From the IMG/VR virus record IMGVR_UViG_3300037067_015039, positions 1 through 64,000 of that record: a stretch of 64,000 nucleotides of DNA; one strand, 5' to 3'. The stretch is from a virus. Lineage: Duplodnaviria > Caudoviricetes. A program made the translations under genes and the position numbers. This document shows, piece after piece, positions 57,080 through 64,000 of this stretch; within the stretch, counting starts at the first letter, position 1; each line of letters starts with the position of its first letter. The notes beneath the pieces are model-generated. The model saw only the letters and a list, made by a program, of their open reading frames with translations. It was not told the origin of the DNA and ran no database searches.

Positions 57080-57603
57080 GATGCCTCCTTTTTAACGGCA
57101 TCCTCGGCTTGTTGAACAACTTCTTTCGCTCTTTCCCGAAGCTTCGAATATCCATATTTCATAACGCTCAGGAGATCCTTCACTTCAGCAAGATATATTT
57201 TGGCGAATTCCGGATCCCGCTCAGCGATCGACGAAGTGTTGGAAATAATATCTGCATACTTTATCGTCTGAGCTTCTCCTGATACCAATGCAAGCCGGTC
57301 TCTCTCAATCCTTTTACGAATATTGCGCTTAGCGTCCTCTGGTTTGGTTATATGAGTCACTTCCGCTACCAGGCTGGCTACGTGAGTATCCAATTGCCTC
57401 AAATCATCTAAAAGCAATGCAGTATCTTCAATTGTGTCGTGCAACCATCCAGCCGCAATCTGTTCCTTGCTGGCGTGATATTCTTTGAGAATTTCGGCGA
57501 CTTCCTTACAATGATTGATGTAAGGCTCTCCGGTATATTTCCGTACTTGTCCCATGTGCCAAATCGATGCCAGCAATTTAGCTTTTTCGATGATTGAGTT
57601 CAT
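57049..57603 (-). CDS. HD-domain protein, small alarmone hydrolase (SpoT/Mesh1-like)
   Basis: H.GQVRKYTGEPYINH..EVA; AAGWLHDTIEDT; LVAEVT; IKYADIISN. Confidence 0.88.
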   Translation of the reverse strand: MNSIIEKAKLLASIWHMGQVRKYTGEPYINHCKEVAEILKEYHASKEQIAAGWLHDTIEDTALLLDDLRQLDTHVASLVAEVTHITKPEDAKRNIRKRIERDRLALVSGEAQTIKYADIISNTSSIAERDPEFAKIYLAEVKDLLSVMKYGYSKLRERAKEVVQQAEDAVKKEASCKLKQSKKK

Positions 57604-60426
57604 TTTTCCTTTAACCATAGCTTTCGGCTTAGGTCCGTCATTTTGTCACATGCATCAATATATTTCTTTGAAACCGCTATAATTTCAGCATTGCACGTCT
57701 GGAGATTTTCCATAACTGCGTTTGCTCTTTTGGATAAAGCCCCTGACTTTTCGATTTCCACTAATATAAACTTTTCAAAATCAACAATAGATTTAGCCAA
57801 TTCATAAATCGAAAGAGATGACTTTACAAACATTTCCGCCCATTCCAATTCTAATGTTTCGTTATTCATAGCCATTCCTCCAATTTACTGCTTTCCGACC
57901 CAGGACGCCGTTGGCCCCCCGCGCTCGTGATTTATGCGTATTTTCTTTCTTTTTCTCATTTTTGCCAGATTTTGCCTTAATTTTCTGACTTTTCGATGAA
58001 AATTCCGCATTTTTGAAGCGGTCCCGTGAGCGCACGAAATATGGATCCCAACTACCCTGTTTTGAAAAGTCGAAATCAAGAAGCTCTGCAACTGCATGAT
58101 GCAAATTTTGCGCTTTTTGCTGAATTTCCAGCCATTTTTTCTCTTTATAGGGGTCCGTGATCCCATAATAGAGCTTTAGGCGATATTTCACGACATCATC
58201 GCGCTTCAAACTGCATACTACTTCCGCAGAGGCTTTGGTAATAAACGCATTCCCGGTCGGACGCCAGGCGCCGCGGCTGAATTTCTCAATTACCCACACT
58301 CTTGGAGTCTTCATCGTTTTCCTTTTTCGGTGGAGCAACCTCTCTCACGCCGACTAATTTGCAAATTCCCCACATCCGTAGGTCCAAGCCGGCCTTTTTA
58401 TAGCACTGATGCCAGATTGCCTCTTTTAGGATGCTTCCTGGAGACGGTACATTCAAAAGAGTTGGAGGTTCAGGGATTTCAATTGGCCCAACATCTTCAT
58501 TCTCTCCGCACAATGGACACGAATAAATCAGGAATGCTTGCATTATTCCCCATCAAAAGCGAAAAAGCGTTTAATCGATAGCCATATGCGCCAATACATT
58601 GGAGTCCTGGAAACCTGATAATTTAAAACAACGCCGAAAAGTTCATTTTCGTCGGCCATGACGGTGATTTTTACTTTATAAAAATTATCATCCACTTTTA
58701 CGGGATCACATCTTTTGTTCCAAATTATCTTACCGGCAGCGGATTCTCTCTCAACCAAACTTATTAATGCTGGTGGAAGCTTAATAAAGGCCGATTCGCC
58801 TGGATTGAGAATTGTATTGCGCCCTTGATCGATAATTTTCAATTGCCACTCCTACTGGATTGTAGTTTTTCCCATCCCATGTTGCTTCTTGCCCAACTCA
58901 GCTTGCTTAGCCATTTGGGACCAGAAATCGGCCAGAATATGATAAGTGGACGCCTGGGCTTCCAGGGACATGATCTGAAGAAATAAAGGATCAATAAGAG
59001 TCATAAAACTTACCTCTCCCGATTTCTTCAATTCCTTTATAGTGGTCATGGCAAAGTAATCACCCAGTTTTGGAGACATATGTTCATGCCATTTCTGTTT
59101 GAACTCATTCATGAATTGGTTTCTTCCCGGGTCTTTGTCTTTGCCGGGTTGCATTCCAGCGCATTCTTCCCAAAACCGCTTATTATTCTCGATCTGCGGC
59201 ATTTTGAGACTCTCTTTCTTTCTGGTATGAAACTTATCCTTCATGAATTTGACCAATTTAAACATTCAGTTTCTCCCTTTGCCCTTCGGCAATCAATTTG
59301 GCAATGAACTTGCCGGCGTCTTCATAACTCCAGGCGTGAATGAAATTTTTTCCAACCGTGCTCGTTGCATCCGGGAAGATCGTTTTCCCTTCGCCTTTTA
59401 CGATTGTTTCCGACCAGTCGATATTGATCACGTGGCTTCGCCACCCGATGATGAATCGGCCAATAGAAGTCGTCACTTTGAACCATGGCTTGTCCTGGCA
59501 ACACCAATCGGAACAATAACCATTCGGAATCTCCTCAACGTAGATTGGTTTCGGAAAGAGATTGATAATTTCCGATCGTTCAATTTTTCTAGTTTCTGCA
59601 CGTTGCGGATCCCGGCTGACAGTCTCCTTGGCGATAATTTTCTTGAGTTCATCACACTTATTGCTAATTTCCCTGGTCTCATAGGGAGTGAGTTCTCGTC
59701 CGGTTCTAACAAATACCTTGAAGCCTATAACACCAAAAGATGAAACAGACTCCTGATAATGAACCAGTTTATAATCTACTAGAGAATTTCTATCATCCAT
59801 GCTTAGTTCTCCCTAATATTTGGGGCGTCGGTGATTTTCTGTTCAACCCGATCAATTTTCTCTGCCGCAGCCCCGCCGATCTCTGTTCTGATTGTGTAAA
59901 GCTCCTGGAAGAGGTAGATTGCCATTTCAACAACAGTGACCGGCTTCTTCCCGGCCTGATTCACATGTTGATCTAATTCGCCGAAATGGTTCCCATGCTC
60001 GAAAGTATAACCGTTCGGGGTTTCAACAAACTCCGTTTTTTCTACCTCGAAGACGTCCGGGAAGAGTTCACGAATAGAGTTTTCAATCTCTAAAAATTGG
60101 TTATACATGACATAGTTAGCGTCTTCTAAATTGCTCAATTCCTGCTGCAATTCAGAATTTCTGTTCTCAACCTTCATTTTTTCGACAGTTAATTTACTGA
60201 TTTCAGCGTCTTTTTGAGCGGCTAATTCCCGCCATTTGCCGAAATATCGCATAGCGCCATCCATTTTGATGACTATAGCTCTAAACTTTTCCGGATCTGA
60301 TTTCTCAAAAGCCTTTCCAACTTCTTCTGAAATTTTGTATCTCAAATTAACCTCCAGAACTTCCGAACCCATCAGCCCCGCGGTTAGTGGGTTCGAGTTT
60401 ATTGACTTCTTCCAGGACTGCTTCAT
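57600..60426 (-). CDS. Run of hypothetical genes (57600..57875, 57862..58338, 58286..58543, 58543..58842, 58852..59265, 59258..59800, 59803..60426)
   Basis: Coupled minus-strand ORFs; 59258..59800 has an IPNGYC...PWFKVTT..G.F.IGWR..VI.IDW motif. Confidence 0.55.
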
Positions 60427-60790
60427 AAATCGGTTGAATCAGCATTTGTGCAATGCGATCGCCTTTATGGATTATGAGCGGGACGGCAGTATCGTTATTT
60501 TGAAGGGTGACAAAGACCTCTCCGATGTAGTTGGAGTCGACGACGCCGCCCAACACATCAATCCCTTTACTTGTCGCCAGTCCGGAACGGCTCCAAATGA
60601 GTCCGACATATCCGGCAGGAATCTTCAAGGCGATTCCAGTTCTGACTTTCAGGCGCAGGCCGGCCGGGACGATTCCTTCCTCGAGAGCATACAGGTCCAT
60701 TCCGGCGTCACCGTGTCTCCCGTAAGTCGGGAGAATGGCTTCGTTCATAAGCTTCATAATCTGAACAAGAAGTCTGTAAGGTTTATCCAT
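60347..60790 (-). CDS. dut: Trimeric dUTPase
   Basis: AGMDL, RSGLA, GVVDSNY.GE, GDRIAQ and RG..GFGSSG: all five motifs. Confidence 0.95.
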   Translation of the reverse strand: MDKPYRLLVQIMKLMNEAILPTYGRHGDAGMDLYALEEGIVPAGLRLKVRTGIALKIPAGYVGLIWSRSGLATSKGIDVLGGVVDSNYIGEVFVTLQNNDTAVPLIIHKGDRIAQMLIQPIYEAVLEEVNKLEPTNRGADGFGSSGG

Positions 60791-63700
60791 GGAAGACCTC
60801 CTTTTGTTTGTATTCGTCAATAAGCCGATGTTGATTTTCGATCACCATTGCCACAAAAGCCACATCCTGTCCGAGTTCCGGGTCCGGGAAGATCTGGAGG
60901 CCCATTCCCAATTTATTGATGATCTTCCGTAATCCGACATGATTTCTGTCGTAACATTCTGTCCGTGTTTTTTTAATCAGAACGCACATCCCCAAGCCAC
61001 AGAGATAACAAAATAAGCCCCAAAGTCCGAATAAAACCTCGCCTGTGATCTCACCCATTTTTATTCTCCAATTATCATTTTGACAATCACCCAGAAAAAG
61101 ATGATCCCAATTGCCATACAGGCCAGCATTTCAATGGCGCCGAAAGCCAGAATCAGAAACCACGTGATTCCCCATCCGTTATCGTCCGAATTTGATTTTT
61201 TCGTCGATTTGCATGGTTTCGTACCGGGTTCGGTATTTGTACCTTGGCTTATATCCAACTTGCCGCGCTTTCTGAAATTCCGTCTCATATTTGCTCAACC
61301 TTTCCTGATCAGCGCAAAGAGGACACTTTCCGGAGTCGAAATGCACTTTGAGTTCAGAACCATGTTTTTCACAGATCGTCATTTGCTCGATCTCCAGCCT
61401 TCGAGCAAAATATCGAGTAAGATCATGGCAATTACCGCAACCAGGATCACAGCGCCAAGATGATTCTCGATTGAAGTTAAGAATTGTTCCATTGCACATC
61501 CTCAAAAGGAGTTATGGCAATTTGCCGGTAAGAAAACCATCTCTTTTTCTCATGGAAGGCCCGAAGTTCGAATATATCTCCATCAACAGTCAAGAATTGA
61601 GGAAGCATATTTGTGGAAGATGGAATATATAGGCTTCTCAAAAGACATCCATCAAACCTGAAAAATTTAACTAACCGATCGCCCTCGGGTGCCAATCCCA
61701 CGCTTTTATGCCAATCCGGATCCTCTTCATCATCCCATAGTATTGGCGTCCAGTTCATCGTTCCCACTGTTATGTCAGGGCCAAGTCGGGTTCCAACCCT
61801 GCCGGATCTATCCCACCCTTCCTTAATCATCATCTTCATCATGGATTCCTCACACTTTCATCGGCCATATAGCCCCTCGCATATTTTCGACTTCCCGTTG
61901 CACCGGAGGTTCCTTATAAAACCCATTCCGCGGATCGTCCAACCGTTGCACCCGGTTGTTGTGCTGAGGGGCTATAAAGCCGATCAAGTTCACTTTTTGA
62001 CCACAAGAGCGTTCACTTTTTGAAGTCTCCAGCCGGGGATTTGAGGCATTTCTTTCACTTTTTGCCCTGACCCCCACTACATATTGTGGTCATGAATCCT
62101 TTTTAATGTCCTTCTGATCCTTCAACCGTTCTTTCATGAGCAGTGAGATCACTTCCGTATGCCCTTTTATCTCCAATTCCATTCCTCTGATATATGAACC
62201 AAGGCGTTCAATATCCTCCTGCTTTAATGTCCGCTCGGCTTTCACCTTCTTTATTTCGGCTTCAAGTTCTCTAACCCTGCTGTAAAGTGTGTTTCCCGCC
62301 TGGGTTGCCGTCACAGAATCCATATCACTCCTTTGTGCCACGTGAAACTACGTTGTCCATGGACATCTATCCTTATTAAGGCTTTTTGAAATATTCATGC
62401 GCTTTACAATAAAGGCACCATTCTTCAGGATCATCGATCCCCAGAGTGCAGGACTCATTCACGGAAGAATTCATGCAATGAGAGTGGGTAACAATAAACT
62501 TCAGCACTTTTTCAGCATCCTGGAGGCGATTAGTTTTCTCGGCCGCCGACATTGCGATGTTGTAACCTATTTCGTTTCCAAGGCCATATTGATAATTCAA
62601 GCCGGCGATTACGTAGGGTGAGTCTACCTTCACATCGACCAATTTTCTCTCATGATACCCTTTTCTCCATCCGGCATTGTATGCTTCCATGGATTCAATT
62701 TTCATTTTAAGCAGATTGATTTTGGCCTGTTGCCACACGGACCACTTGCAATCGCAAAATAAGCAGATTCGGTATTGCGGGTCCACATGGAAAGCCGCAT
62801 TCTCACCAGGCTCGGGATTAATGGCACCGCACTTCGGACAGTTCATTTATTCCTCCACATCAAGCCGTATCCCCAACCTTTTACAAATATAATTACAATT
62901 GTTCCTGGAATACCGAGGACTGCAAATAGAGCGGAAAATCTACGATCTATTGATCTATTTTCATCGGCTATTGTCGGAAAGCTTTTTTGGAAAAAGGCGT
63001 ATGTCCACCCATAATTCAAAACACCGCAGATTATCCAAACCGCCAAAATAATATAAATGAACATCTTACCCTCACTTATGGAAGAGTCGCTCCCACTACT
63101 TCCAGCATTGCGCGGACAGCCCGGACAGTATCAGGATTGGTGATGGAAAGACCCCGGAAACGCTCAGCAAAGTTATTTATTTCACTGATTTCCCATTTTT
63201 TCAGGTTCGCCGAACAGTCGTTCTCTATGATCGGCGCCACTGGAAGTCTTCCTTGATTCCATTGTTTGTAAGTTTGCAGCCAGGCATTCGCCTGCGCAGT
63301 GTCACAGTCTTCGATCTTTCTTTTGCAATGCTCGGCGCACGATTTTGGAAAACCAGGACAGTTTAAAATCGTCATTTGCATTATTCGTTCGGCTTCCTGA
63401 ACCATCATGATCAGGGCCGCCTCCGTCGTCTTATCAGATTGTGCAGCCTTTCGATTCACCTCAAATTCCAACTCCGCAACACGTTTCTCACATTCGAGGA
63501 TCTGCGCATCCGCGGCAGCTATATTATCCTGACTGTGTTTACGCGCAACCTGGGTCTCCTCGAGTACACGCTTCAACCGCTCGATTTCCGTCAACAGAAC
63601 TCCTTGAGCTAATGACATAATCCCCCCCCCGTAATAATTTAAGAAAGCGGCGCCGTCACTTGTCCAGGACTTCCACTTCTCCGTGATGAAGCAGTTGCGG

Positions 63701-63919
63701 CTGGATCGGGCTTCCGAACGTCATCAAATCCAAATACACCCTTCCCGTGAACAACACCCGAAGCCGGTCGCGCAACCCAAACGCCCAACAACTCCGCACC
63801 GTCCCGGACTCATCACCCATCCTTAGCGCCGGCAGCGGCAAGTATTCCGGCTGCTGAGATCCATATATGATCAGATTAGCCCCTTTTGGCCATGGCTTCG
63901 GTGGCTGAATTATCTTCAT
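60783..63919 (-). CDS. Run of small hypothetical genes (60783..61058, 61061..61288, 61179..61505, 61477..61842, 61850..62077, 62090..62341, 62376..62846, 62843..63064, 63076..63618, 63656..63919)
   Basis: Tightly packed minus-strand ORFs, several with TM helices or Zn ribbons; no function recognised. Confidence 0.5.
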
Positions 63920-64000
63920 ATCTCGGCTCCTTTTATGAAATCCTCAAAGAAACTCATATTGTCTTCAATTCCTTGCCGTCTGGTTTGCCCAACAGTCCAT

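Overview
This 64-kb window is part of a tailed dsDNA bacteriophage genome (Caudoviricetes, probably podovirus-like: P22-type portal, tail nozzle and adaptor genes, candidate ejection proteins, no tape-measure gene seen). Essentially all genes are on the minus strand. Positions ~33,300 down to 1 hold the packaging and virion module: terminase, portal, a cluster of small Arg-tailed basic proteins, scaffold, major capsid, a glycosyltransferase, three paralogous ~750-aa virion proteins, a 1427-aa tail protein with an inserted jacalin lectin domain, a tail fibre and ejection proteins. Positions ~33,300-64,000 hold accessory/early genes: 4 tRNAs, HNH nucleases, a PurA-vWA-kinase trio, RusA, an HD-domain alarmone-hydrolase-like protein, dUTPase and many small ORFs. 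The standout locus is 37.6-42.6 kb. A Ro60/Rsr (TROVE+vWA) gene lies directly downstream of a ~2.2-kb array of seven Y-RNA-like units. All seven share one scaffold (stem-YACUG...UACAUG-[cargo]-CGACUU-stem) but carry different cargoes: circularly permuted tRNA mimics (one keeping CCA), an intact tRNA cloverleaf with a UUA anticodon, and minimal hairpins. One unit abuts a solitary type I-C CRISPR repeat. Further self-closing structured RNAs are interleaved, and a GGQ release-factor-like gene follows Ro60. Other signals: four late-region promoter-like sites with TTGACA and TAnnnT separated by only 9 bp, a 15-bp palindrome (GTAAACCnGGTTTAC) repeated five times, and an identical 24-nt translation-initiation region shared by two distant genes. 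All calls come from reading the sequence by eye; no database search or folding program was run.
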